DNA of 64,000 nucleotides from an uncultured Candidatus Saccharibacteria bacterium (GTDB lineage: Bacteria; Patescibacteriota; Dojkabacteria; J137), in assembly GCA_964607415.1 (NCBI GenBank), contig CAZSKK010000002.1, positions 224,585 to 288,584 on the forward strand. The letters are read 5' to 3'. Positions 56,809 through 64,000 of this stretch are shown in pieces (position 1 is the first letter of the stretch; each line of letters opens with the position of its first letter). Position numbers and translations under genes: made by a program. The notes beneath the pieces were generated by a model. It was not told the DNA's origin. It made no database searches and saw nothing but the letters and a program-made list of their open reading frames with translations.

Positions 56809-57843
56809 TTGGGCTTTAAGCTTGGTAAATACAAACTTACAAGAAAATTTACAAAACTTCTTTTTGGTTATTCAAACAAAACTTTAAATACAGAAGTCGC
56901 AGGAATAAAATTTGCAAATCCTATTGGACTTTCTGCAGGTTTTGATTATGAAGGTAAGCTTACAAACACTCTGCCAAACATTTCTTTTGGTTTTGAATCA
57001 ACAGGAACTGTAACTAATCATTTATACGAAGGTAACAAAAAGCCTAGACTTGTAAGATTAAAAAAATCCGAATCATTACTTGTAAACAAAGGATTTAAAA
57101 GCTCTGGAATTAGGCATTTTCTAGAAGAGATCACTTTTAAAGAGAAATCTTTCAATGTTGGAATTTCCATTGGAGCAACAAATTCCGAAGCTACCTCTAC
57201 TCCAGAGACACAAATTCAAGACATAATACAATCGTTTAAATATTTAAATAACCATAAAAAAGCTAAACATTTTGCATATTACGAACTGAATATTTCTTGC
57301 CCAAATGTTCTAGGTTCCGGAAGTTTAGCCACACCAATCTATTTGGAACAAGTACTTTCAGCACTAAATAAAATTAACCTTAAAAAACCTTTGTTTGTAA
57401 AATTTCCTTTAGAAATTGATTGGGAAAAAGCAAAAGAACTAATTCAAATAATGATTGAGCACAAAGTTTCAGCTGTAATTGTTGCTAATCTTCTTAAAAA
57501 TAGAGAAAGTAATAAAATTTCCGATGAAGATAAAGAAAAAATCAAAGACTTAAAAGGCAATTTTTCAGGAAAACCAACTTATGATTTATCAAACGAGTTG
57601 ATTGCAAAAATTTACAAAGAGTTTGGTAATCAAATAAAAATCGTTGGAGTTGGTGGAGTTTTTAATACAAATGACGCTTATGAAAAAATCAAAAATGGGG
57701 CTTCACTTGTGCAGCTAATCACAGGAATGGTTTACAATGGTCCGCAATTAATTAAACAAATCAATAAGGGATTGGTTAAAAGATTAAAGCAGGATAATCT
57801 TCAAAGTATCTCTCAGGCAGTAGGGCTTTATTATAAAGCCTAA
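56809..57843 (+). CDS. pyrD: Dihydroorotate dehydrogenase (class 2, quinone); true start probably upstream (56704-56740) at a non-ATG codon
   Basis: FANPIGLSAGFDYEG, GVGGVFNTNDAYEKIKNGASLVQLITGMVYNGPQL; in-frame upstream residues YKYFVKQVLFKFDPEAVHNLF match conserved PyrD N-terminus but no ATG/GTG/TTG before 56809. Confidence 0.8.
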   Translation: MGFKLGKYKLTRKFTKLLFGYSNKTLNTEVAGIKFANPIGLSAGFDYEGKLTNTLPNISFGFESTGTVTNHLYEGNKKPRLVRLKKSESLLVNKGFKSSGIRHFLEEITFKEKSFNVGISIGATNSEATSTPETQIQDIIQSFKYLNNHKKAKHFAYYELNISCPNVLGSGSLATPIYLEQVLSALNKINLKKPLFVKFPLEIDWEKAKELIQIMIEHKVSAVIVANLLKNRESNKISDEDKEKIKDLKGNFSGKPTYDLSNELIAKIYKEFGNQIKIVGVGGVFNTNDAYEKIKNGASLVQLITGMVYNGPQLIKQINKGLVKRLKQDNLQSISQAVGLYYKA

Positions 57844-58445
57844 CCTTCCACGCCATCAGTATTGTAAGGATAATCGGGATCATTGTAAGCTGTTCTTCTA
57901 TCATTAGGAAGAACTCTTCTAACTTCCAATCCAACACTAGTTCCAAGATCAGCGATTTCAGCAAAGTCTAGCCCTCTTGACTGTTCAAATACTTTCGAAT
58001 AGTCAAAATTAGGATTTGTACCCCGTCTTGATAATTCTATAAACGCTTTAATGAATACCCTTTTTTCTTCTAAGCTTATTTGAAGCAGTAAGTTGCCAGT
58101 AGCAGGTGTTACTAAATAATCGATTAGTGATTCCCAGGCAGGAAGTGTCATGTTAAATAGATAGTTTTCAAAAAGTTCGCCTATTGTTTTAAATTTCCCT
58201 TCGCTATCGCGATGAATATCCATAATTGGAAGTTCCACGGATATTCTATCAGTACCTCTATTAGTTCTTTCCACTAGACTTACAACAAAAATAGTTGGCG
58301 CTGTGTTTAAGTATTCACCTTTTAACCTAAACTTGCTTTCTTGATCTGCAAGATCTATATTAATTTGATTTATAGGTCCATCTTCTCCTAGGAAATGGAA
58401 AGGATCTACGTGTGAAGCTTCGTTGGGATTGCTAGCTGAATTCAT
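57840..58445 (-). CDS. Hypothetical protein
   Basis: 201 aa, no motif. Confidence 0.35.
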   Translation of the reverse strand: MNSASNPNEASHVDPFHFLGEDGPINQINIDLADQESKFRLKGEYLNTAPTIFVVSLVERTNRGTDRISVELPIMDIHRDSEGKFKTIGELFENYLFNMTLPAWESLIDYLVTPATGNLLLQISLEEKRVFIKAFIELSRRGTNPNFDYSKVFEQSRGLDFAEIADLGTSVGLEVRRVLPNDRRTAYNDPDYPYNTDGVEG

Positions 58446-58568
58446 ATACTAAATTTAATAATTGTCCGATTATAAGATATTTAATTGAAATTGCAAATAA
58501 AATTTTTTAAAAAAGGACTAAAACTTCCATCGGTATTAAATTTTCTCATCAAGTAGTATAATTCACTC

Positions 58569-59603
58569 ATGATTAATGATTTTATAGAACAAAATAAATT
58601 GCCAAGATTTAGAGAAAGTCAGTTTGATGAATTTTTTTATCAAAAAGGAATAGAATCTTTTGATGGAATTAAAACCTGGCCAAAAGAATTAAAAGAGAAA
58701 CTCGTAAAGGAAGTAGAGTTTATGTCTTTAGAACTTGATCGTGAATTTGTTTCTAGTGCAAACGACACAATAAAAGTTCTTTTTAAAAGAAAAGTTGATG
58801 GGCAAAGAATCGAAGCAGTTTTAATGAAACACTCTGACGGTCGAAACACAGTGTGCGTAAGCTGTATGGTTGGATGCCCAGTAAATTGCAAATTTTGCGC
58901 CACTGGAAAAATGGGTTTTGGAGGAAATCTTTCCGCAAAAGAAATAATTGACCAGGTTATGTACTTTCAAAGAATCTTGGTAAAAGAAAATCAAAGAGTT
59001 TCAAATGTTGTTTTTATGGGAATGGGAGAACCAATGTTAAATCTTCCTGAAGTTCAAAAAACTATTGCTATTTTAACTGATCCTAAAAAACTTGGACTTG
59101 GACAAAGAAGAATCACTGTATCAACTTCAGGTTATATTCCGCAGCTTAAAAAGCTTATAGATGATGGCTTTAGGGGAAGAATTGCAATTAGCCTCCATGC
59201 ACCAAATCAGGAGCTTAGGCAAAAAATGATGCCTGTTGCAAAACTCTTTTCCCTTGATAAATTAATCACAACCCTGGACGAATATGTAGAGCTAACAAAC
59301 AAAAGAGTAACTTACGAATACATAATGATTAAAAATGTAAACGATACAATCGATAGTGCTAGAGAGCTTGTGGAATTATTCAAAGATAGACTTCATCATA
59401 TAAACTTAATTCCGTATAATCCAATCAAGGAAGAAGATTTTGAAAGATCTCCAGCCGAAAATCTTAGAGAATTTACAACAATTCTTGCAAATGGTGGAAT
59501 AAATTACACAATTAGGGTAACGATGGGCGATGATGTAAATGCAGCCTGCGGCCAACTTGCGGATAGAGAGAATAAGAAAAATATCAGTAGAAAAATCTCG
59601 TAA
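58569..59603 (+). CDS. rlmN: 23S rRNA (adenine2503-C2)-methyltransferase RlmN (radical SAM)
   Basis: CVSCMVGCPVNCKFCATG radical-SAM cluster motif; RlmN/Cfr architecture. Confidence 0.9.
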   Translation: MINDFIEQNKLPRFRESQFDEFFYQKGIESFDGIKTWPKELKEKLVKEVEFMSLELDREFVSSANDTIKVLFKRKVDGQRIEAVLMKHSDGRNTVCVSCMVGCPVNCKFCATGKMGFGGNLSAKEIIDQVMYFQRILVKENQRVSNVVFMGMGEPMLNLPEVQKTIAILTDPKKLGLGQRRITVSTSGYIPQLKKLIDDGFRGRIAISLHAPNQELRQKMMPVAKLFSLDKLITTLDEYVELTNKRVTYEYIMIKNVNDTIDSARELVELFKDRLHHINLIPYNPIKEEDFERSPAENLREFTTILANGGINYTIRVTMGDDVNAACGQLADRENKKNISRKIS

Positions 59604-59604
59604 T

Positions 59605-59620
59605 TTGTATTGGGATACAA
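59605..59620. repeat. Family D palindrome TTGTATTGGGATACAA (copy 2), 35 nt upstream of the RAYT gene
   Basis: Matches 43582-43597 context AATTTGTATTGnnATACAATG. Confidence 0.6.
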
Positions 59621-59654
59621 TGAAATTTTGAAGTAAATTGTGTAAATTCTTCTC

Positions 59655-60218
59655 ATGGGAAATTTGCACACTCATCAAAAAAGGTTTTACGTTGATCAGT
59701 TAGTTTACTTTGTTACAATAAAAACCCTTAATAATTTTCCTTATTTTAAATACAATTTTCTTGCTGATTTATTTATAGCTGAGCTTACACTTTGTCAAGA
59801 GATTAAAAATTTTGAACTTTATGCGTTTAATGTTCTCTACGATCATGTTCATATTTTGTTAAAACCATCCAAAGAATCAAATATTTCGGTAATAATAAAG
59901 TCTCTAAAAGAAAATTTTTCCCGTGATGCGAACAGGATTATTTTAAAAAAGCCAATTGAAGCCGCGGCGTCGACGTCGCGGCTTCACATCGATAAAAATA
60001 TAAATGAAGTGATCAAACAAAAACAGCTTTTTATGCCTAAGTTTGCATGGCAAAAATCATTTCATGATCATTACATTCGGAACTCTAAAGATTTGAAAAC
60101 CCGTTATAATTATACGGTTTTTAATCATTTGAAGCATTCAGAAGATAGGGCTTACACATCAGACTATAAATTTACATCTCTAAATTATTTTGAAATAATT
60201 GACGAAGCGTATTTTTAG
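59655..60218 (+). CDS. REP-associated tyrosine transposase (RAYT) / IS200-like Y1 HuH transposase homolog
   Basis: HuH motif LYDHVHILL; C-terminal WQKSFHDHYIRNSKDLKTRYNYTVFNHLKH (WQ..F.DH.IR..........Y...NP-type catalytic Tyr region); 187 aa; no terminal IS structure seen. Confidence 0.65.
   Translation: MGNLHTHQKRFYVDQLVYFVTIKTLNNFPYFKYNFLADLFIAELTLCQEIKNFELYAFNVLYDHVHILLKPSKESNISVIIKSLKENFSRDANRIILKKPIEAAASTSRLHIDKNINEVIKQKQLFMPKFAWQKSFHDHYIRNSKDLKTRYNYTVFNHLKHSEDRAYTSDYKFTSLNYFEIIDEAYF
59958..59985. repeat. Family C GC-rich palindrome GAAGCCGCGGCG-TCGA-CGTCGCGGCTTC inside the RAYT ORF (encodes EAAASTSRLH)
   Basis: 11/12 complementary arms; GC island in AT-rich gene; related to 56606-56634. 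Confidence 0.7.
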
Positions 60219-61171
60219 CCTTTTTTCCTCACAAACTCCTTGAACTCTTTTTTCAACTCCTCCAACTGATCAAAATTGTATGCTGAAGAAATAACTATAT
60301 TTTTATTAAACTTCTTTAAAGCAGCAACAGCTTTTTTAATTTCTTTTTCTGAAACCAAATCTGATTTTGTTAAAACAATAATTTCAGGTTTTTCGTATAA
60401 ATCTTCACTTATATTCTTAAGCTCTTCTCGAATAAGTTTGTAGGTTTTTACAATATCTTCAGACTCTAAACTAACAAAATGTGCCACTGCTTTGGATCTA
60501 ACAGTATGTCGTACAAATTTTGTTCCCAATCCTCTACCTTCGTACGTACCTTCTATAAGCCCTGGTAAATCCATCAAAATTAAATCATCCATTCTTCCAA
60601 GTTGCGGGTTTATTGTTGTAAATTCGTATGGTGCAACTTTTGCGTCAGCATTTGTAAGCTCTTTTAAAACTGAAGATTTGCCAGCGTTAGGAAAACCAAT
60701 AAATATAATGTCACTGATTAGTTCAAGCTCAAGTGTTGCAAACAAAATCTCACCGTCTTGCCCAGGCTGATGTTTATCTAACGTTGCAACTCCACCTTTT
60801 CGATAATAAAAATTACCGTGGCCTCCAAGCCCACCTTTTAGTAAAAGCTTTTTTTCACCATCTTTTTCTATACATTCAACAAACTGACCATTTTCATCAT
60901 AAATACAAGTTGCTAATGGAACTTTTAAAATCAAATCTTCGCCATTTTTACCAGTTTGATTATTTTTAGATCCTCTTTCGCCATTCTCTGCTTTGTAGTG
61001 CAAATTCATTTTAAAAGGAGTTAGATCGTATACGTGTGAAGAACCAACAAGGTAAACGTTTCCGCCGTTTCCTCCTGTTCCTCCACTAGGCCTTTTTGTA
61101 ATATCAAAATTAACAGAACCACTACCCCCTTTTCCAGAGGTAATTTTAATTTTCACTAAATCTTTAAACAT
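60215..61171 (-). CDS. obg: GTPase Obg
   Basis: Glycine-rich Obg fold (SGKGGSGSVNF, GGNGGNVY) and G-domain GFPNAGKSS, DLPGLIEG. Confidence 0.9.
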   Translation of the reverse strand: MFKDLVKIKITSGKGGSGSVNFDITKRPSGGTGGNGGNVYLVGSSHVYDLTPFKMNLHYKAENGERGSKNNQTGKNGEDLILKVPLATCIYDENGQFVECIEKDGEKKLLLKGGLGGHGNFYYRKGGVATLDKHQPGQDGEILFATLELELISDIIFIGFPNAGKSSVLKELTNADAKVAPYEFTTINPQLGRMDDLILMDLPGLIEGTYEGRGLGTKFVRHTVRSKAVAHFVSLESEDIVKTYKLIREELKNISEDLYEKPEIIVLTKSDLVSEKEIKKAVAALKKFNKNIVISSAYNFDQLEELKKEFKEFVRKKG

Positions 61172-61174
61172 TAT

Positions 61175-61348
61175 CGATTGTTTGAACTCAATAAAATAGT
61201 AATTCCAAGTCCTATTGAAAGAAAGGAACCGAAGCCTATTATAACGCTTTGCATCAAAATACCCAAGACTAATCCTGCCAAAAGGCCTATTCCTAAACCT
61301 AAAGCAATGGTTGGGTTATTTTTAAAAATATTTCTTAAGTTATTCATC
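61175..61348 (-). CDS. Possible small membrane protein (57 aa)
   Basis: MNNLRNIFKNNPTIALGLGIGLLAGLVLGILMQSVIIGFGSFLSIGLGITILLSSNNR; below ORF-track cutoff. Confidence 0.25.
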
Positions 61349-62110
61349 TAGTTTAATTGAATCTTCTAATTTAAATTCTCCCACTTTTGTACGTAAGATT
61401 GCAAGCGTTATTGCTTTATTATCGAGTTTTTTACCGATGTCATTAACCAAGGCTCTTATATACGTTCCACTAGAAACATTAGCTTTAAATCTAAAAATTT
61501 TAAAGTTGGCTTCTTTTGATTTTTCAAAAAATTTTTCCCAGTCTTCTATAATTTCTTCTTGCCTAAAATCACCAGTAACGTTTTGAATTCGATTAATAAT
61601 TTGTTCTTTTAACTCAAATTTTGAAATTTCAAATTCTTTAACAAACTCAATTTTGTGAACTTTAACAAACCTTTTAGGAACAGTTATATTGGAAATTTGG
61701 TTACTTTTTGCCCACCAGTAAAGTGGCCTGCCATTAACTAATGTTGATGAATAAATAGGTAGGGTTTGAAGAATTTCGCCCTCAAAGCTTATTACGATCT
61801 GCTCAATCTCTTTTTTAGAAACGATTTTAGATTTCTCGCCGAATTCAATTTCACCAAGCACATCAAATGTATCACTCTTTACACCGAACATCAGATCAAA
61901 CTCATACTCTTTATCAAGTTCTTGATAGTGGTCTCTATTTTTGCACTCCTCATCTACAAGAATTAATAAAACTCCTTCAGCCATAGGGTCTAGCCTTCCC
62001 GCATACGCAAGCTTTGAATCTTTATATTCTGGAAATTTCTTTTTAAAAAGATTCAAAGCTTCTAATGGCGTTTTGGATATTGGTTTGTAGATATTCACTA
62101 CTTTGTCCAT
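61340..62110 (-). CDS. truB: tRNA pseudouridine(55) synthase TruB (start set at ATG 62108-62110, MDKVVNIYKP, rather than TTG at 62128)
   Basis: AGRLDPMAEGVLLIL catalytic Asp motif. Confidence 0.85.
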   Translation of the reverse strand: MDKVVNIYKPISKTPLEALNLFKKKFPEYKDSKLAYAGRLDPMAEGVLLILVDEECKNRDHYQELDKEYEFDLMFGVKSDTFDVLGEIEFGEKSKIVSKKEIEQIVISFEGEILQTLPIYSSTLVNGRPLYWWAKSNQISNITVPKRFVKVHKIEFVKEFEISKFELKEQIINRIQNVTGDFRQEEIIEDWEKFFEKSKEANFKIFRFKANVSSGTYIRALVNDIGKKLDNKAITLAILRTKVGEFKLEDSIKLDE

Positions 62111-62130
62111 AGGTTTATTATAGCGCAAAA

Positions 62131-62191
62131 ACCCCTCTTCTATTCTCCCCTTTAATCAAAGGGGAGATGTCGAACGTAGTGAGACAGAGGG
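62131..62191. repeat. Family B GC-rich nested hairpin (CCCTCT...CTCCCCTTT-AATC-AAAGGGGAG...AGAGGG)
   Basis: Perfect 9-bp inner hairpin 62145-62166 enclosed by CCCTCT/AGAGGG; between RIO-kinase stop and truB start. Confidence 0.7.
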
Positions 62192-62192
62192 A

Positions 62193-62930
62193 TTAGTTAA
62201 AAGGTACATGCCTAGTAAGAGACAAAGGCGTTGTTCCATGCATAAAATTATCTTTAATCTCCAAAAGCTCTTTGTAATCAATATCAATAAACTTTGAAAA
62301 GAATTTGTAAATATTATCCAAATCTTTTTGTAGTTTTTCTGATGCAAATGGGTTTTTGAAATCTAACATTTGTGGAAAATCAATTGCATAGGCAGAATTC
62401 TCCCACCAAAGGATATTGTATTCAGAAAAATCTCCGTGCACGTAGCCAAGTTTTGTAAGAGCACGTAAAAATTCAAGTGTGTCTAGATAAGCTTTTTTAA
62501 GCTGACTTTTTGATAGGTTTAAATCTACAAGTCTTAAAGCTGGAGCACTTTCTTCTCCTAAAAACTCCATTAAAATTGCATCTTCAATAAAGTCATAAAC
62601 TTTGGGAACTTGAAGATTATATTCATTTAGTTTTTTTAAAATAGAGTACTCTCTATAAGTCCAAAAACTCCGGGTAAACATTTTGCCTTTACGTGTTTTC
62701 TTACGCATTGCCCTTGTAGTAGGTGTATCTTTCATTACATTAAGATCCAGATATTCAAACCTTGATGAATACTTTTGATTTACTTTATAGATTTTTAAGG
62801 CGAGCAACAATGAATCCATTTTTACTAAATGGACTTCTGCTTCTTTTCCTGTTTTTAATTGTCTTATATATTCAAGGTTGTAATTTTTTTCTTTGAACTG
62901 ATTTAGAACCAACGATAAGTTGTTTAGCAT
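62193..62930 (-). CDS. RIO-type atypical serine protein kinase
   Basis: GKEAEVHLV...LALKIYKV (ATP-binding), YVHGDFSEYNILW (catalytic loop), AIDFPQ (metal-binding) parallel RIO1 motifs. Confidence 0.65.
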   Translation of the reverse strand: MLNNLSLVLNQFKEKNYNLEYIRQLKTGKEAEVHLVKMDSLLLALKIYKVNQKYSSRFEYLDLNVMKDTPTTRAMRKKTRKGKMFTRSFWTYREYSILKKLNEYNLQVPKVYDFIEDAILMEFLGEESAPALRLVDLNLSKSQLKKAYLDTLEFLRALTKLGYVHGDFSEYNILWWENSAYAIDFPQMLDFKNPFASEKLQKDLDNIYKFFSKFIDIDYKELLEIKDNFMHGTTPLSLTRHVPFN

Positions 62931-62986
62931 AGGCGTGAAAATTTAGAATTATAAGTAAAAATATGACTCTTTCCCCTCTTGGGAGC

Positions 62987-63017
62987 GAGAATACATATTA
63001 TGCATTCGAGTGCAGCT
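62987..63017. repeat. Family A element copy 4
   Basis: GAGAATaCATATTATGCATTCGAGTGCAGCT; preceded by GC-rich CCCCTCTTGGGAG. Confidence 0.8.
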
Positions 63018-63368
63018 TAATACATTTATGCTTTTTAAGGGTAGTGGCATACAAAACTAAATTTCAGCCACCCTCCTTAATTCTCCCTCAAGGGAGGAGA
63101 AAATTACCAAGAACTAGAAATTGATAGAAAATATTAAGAGGTTCAAACTAGAAGTTTCTAATTACCACCTCGATTTGTGTTGAGTTTTGTTCTGTCATAA
63201 TACAAAGTGGTAAAAAGTAAAGATAGATAATATTAGCAGAATTATGATTCAAGATTCAAGAATAATTTTCAATTCTCAAGTATCAATTTCCAGTAAAGAT
63301 TTTGTGAAAATTGATAATTTCTGCTGGAGTGATAGAATATATTTAGTACTATTTTTTAACCTAGCAAT

Positions 63369-63761
63369 ATGTCTGCAACATTAACTGCACCGTACAAAGA
63401 TTTAGGCCCAAATGGTGATTATCCAATAGAAGCAAACTATGGTATTAGAATCTACGATAATAAGGGAGAAATTATTCCAGGAATAGGCGAAACAAAAGCA
63501 ACATTAAAAGGTGGCTTAAGAACAAATCATATAGGAATTGTACCTTTGCTTGATGGAAATAAAGAAAACATAGGTAATGCAGAAGTTATTAAGATTATTA
63601 TTGCAAAGCCCGAGAATATGGAATTAAAAGATATAAATGCGTGTGGTTTTCAAAGCATTGATGAAGCAATAGCTTATGTTTCTACAGAGCATAAAGAAGA
63701 ATTTGACCGTGATGGAGTAATGACGGTTTATTATTTTAAAGTAATAGAAAAGAATAAGTGA
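63369..63761 (+). CDS. Hypothetical protein
   Basis: 130 aa. Confidence 0.35.
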   Translation: MSATLTAPYKDLGPNGDYPIEANYGIRIYDNKGEIIPGIGETKATLKGGLRTNHIGIVPLLDGNKENIGNAEVIKIIIAKPENMELKDINACGFQSIDEAIAYVSTEHKEEFDRDGVMTVYYFKVIEKNK

Positions 63762-63775
63762 ATATAAAGTGGAAA

Positions 63776-64000
63776 ATGACAGAACAGAAAATTTGAAAAA
63801 TATAGTTCCAAAGTCTCATCCAATCTTCAAAAAATTACTAAGTCTGAAACTAAATCCTGCAGATTACATTGTTTTCGGCTCCACGCCAATGTGGCTTTAT
63901 GGGCTTAAAGATTTATTTAGTGATATTGATATTTTGGCTAGAGGTGAAGCTTGGGCAAAAGCTACTCGATTAGGAAAAGTTGAAATTCCTGCATCTGGTG
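63776..64000 (+). CDS. Partial CDS (continues beyond window end); nucleotidyltransferase-like hypothetical
   Basis: ATG 63776; ...DYIVFGSTPMWLYGLKDLFSDIDILARGEAW... open to window edge. Confidence 0.3.

Noticed and set aside
62156-62347. 63-aa minus-strand ORF
   Set aside because: Runs through the family B palindrome and overlaps the 3' end of the RIO-kinase gene in another frame. Spurious.
62963-63115. 50-codon plus-strand ORF (MTLSPLGSENTYYAFECSLIHL...) in the RIO/63369 intergenic region
   Set aside because: Composed almost entirely of family A and family B repeat sequence. Reading frame is incidental.
1-64000. CRISPR arrays, rRNA genes, integrase/prophage content
   Set aside because: No regularly spaced direct repeats, no rRNA-like conserved blocks, and no integrase/recombinase or phage structural homologs were recognisable anywhere in the window.

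Overview
This 64 kb window is a low-GC, gene-dense stretch of a bacterial chromosome (I could not measure GC exactly without tools). Its content looks like a small-genome candidate-phyla-radiation (Patescibacteria-like) organism, for example an archaeal-type TyrRS, a RIO-type kinase, FemAB paralogs and many short hypothetical proteins. It carries the replication core, with dnaA and dnaN separated by yidD, eno and pyk and DnaA-box clusters upstream of both. Housekeeping genes include argS, adk, dnaJ, ftsK, dut, sodA, tsaD, comM/yifB, rsmI, rpsT, tyrS, pyrD, rlmN, obg, truB and holA. Envelope genes include a murE-like Mur ligase, two FemAB-family genes, a DegT aminotransferase and GT2/GT4 glycosyltransferases. 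There is one tRNA-Arg, a T-box-like leader upstream of the archaeal-type tyrS, and an ECF sigma/anti-sigma pair. The most unusual content is a set of short dispersed palindromic repeats. There are four families: a 31-bp AT-rich element in four copies, GC-rich nested-hairpin elements in five or more copies, a TTGTATTGnnATACAA pair, and a GCGGCGT..ACGTCGC palindrome in two copies. They occur together with a REP-associated tyrosine transposase (RAYT, IS200-like HuH) homolog. One GC-rich element is inserted in frame into tsaD and another palindrome lies inside the RAYT reading frame, which resembles Rickettsia-palindromic-element behaviour. Other notable items are a fossil 5' copy of a RecD-like helicase gene in a small accessory islet next to the tRNA, and a 23S-IVS-type four-helix-bundle gene framed by inverted repeats outside any rRNA. 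There are also inverted GAATAT triplet arrays around a small ORF. No CRISPR arrays, rRNA genes, integrases or prophage content were seen.
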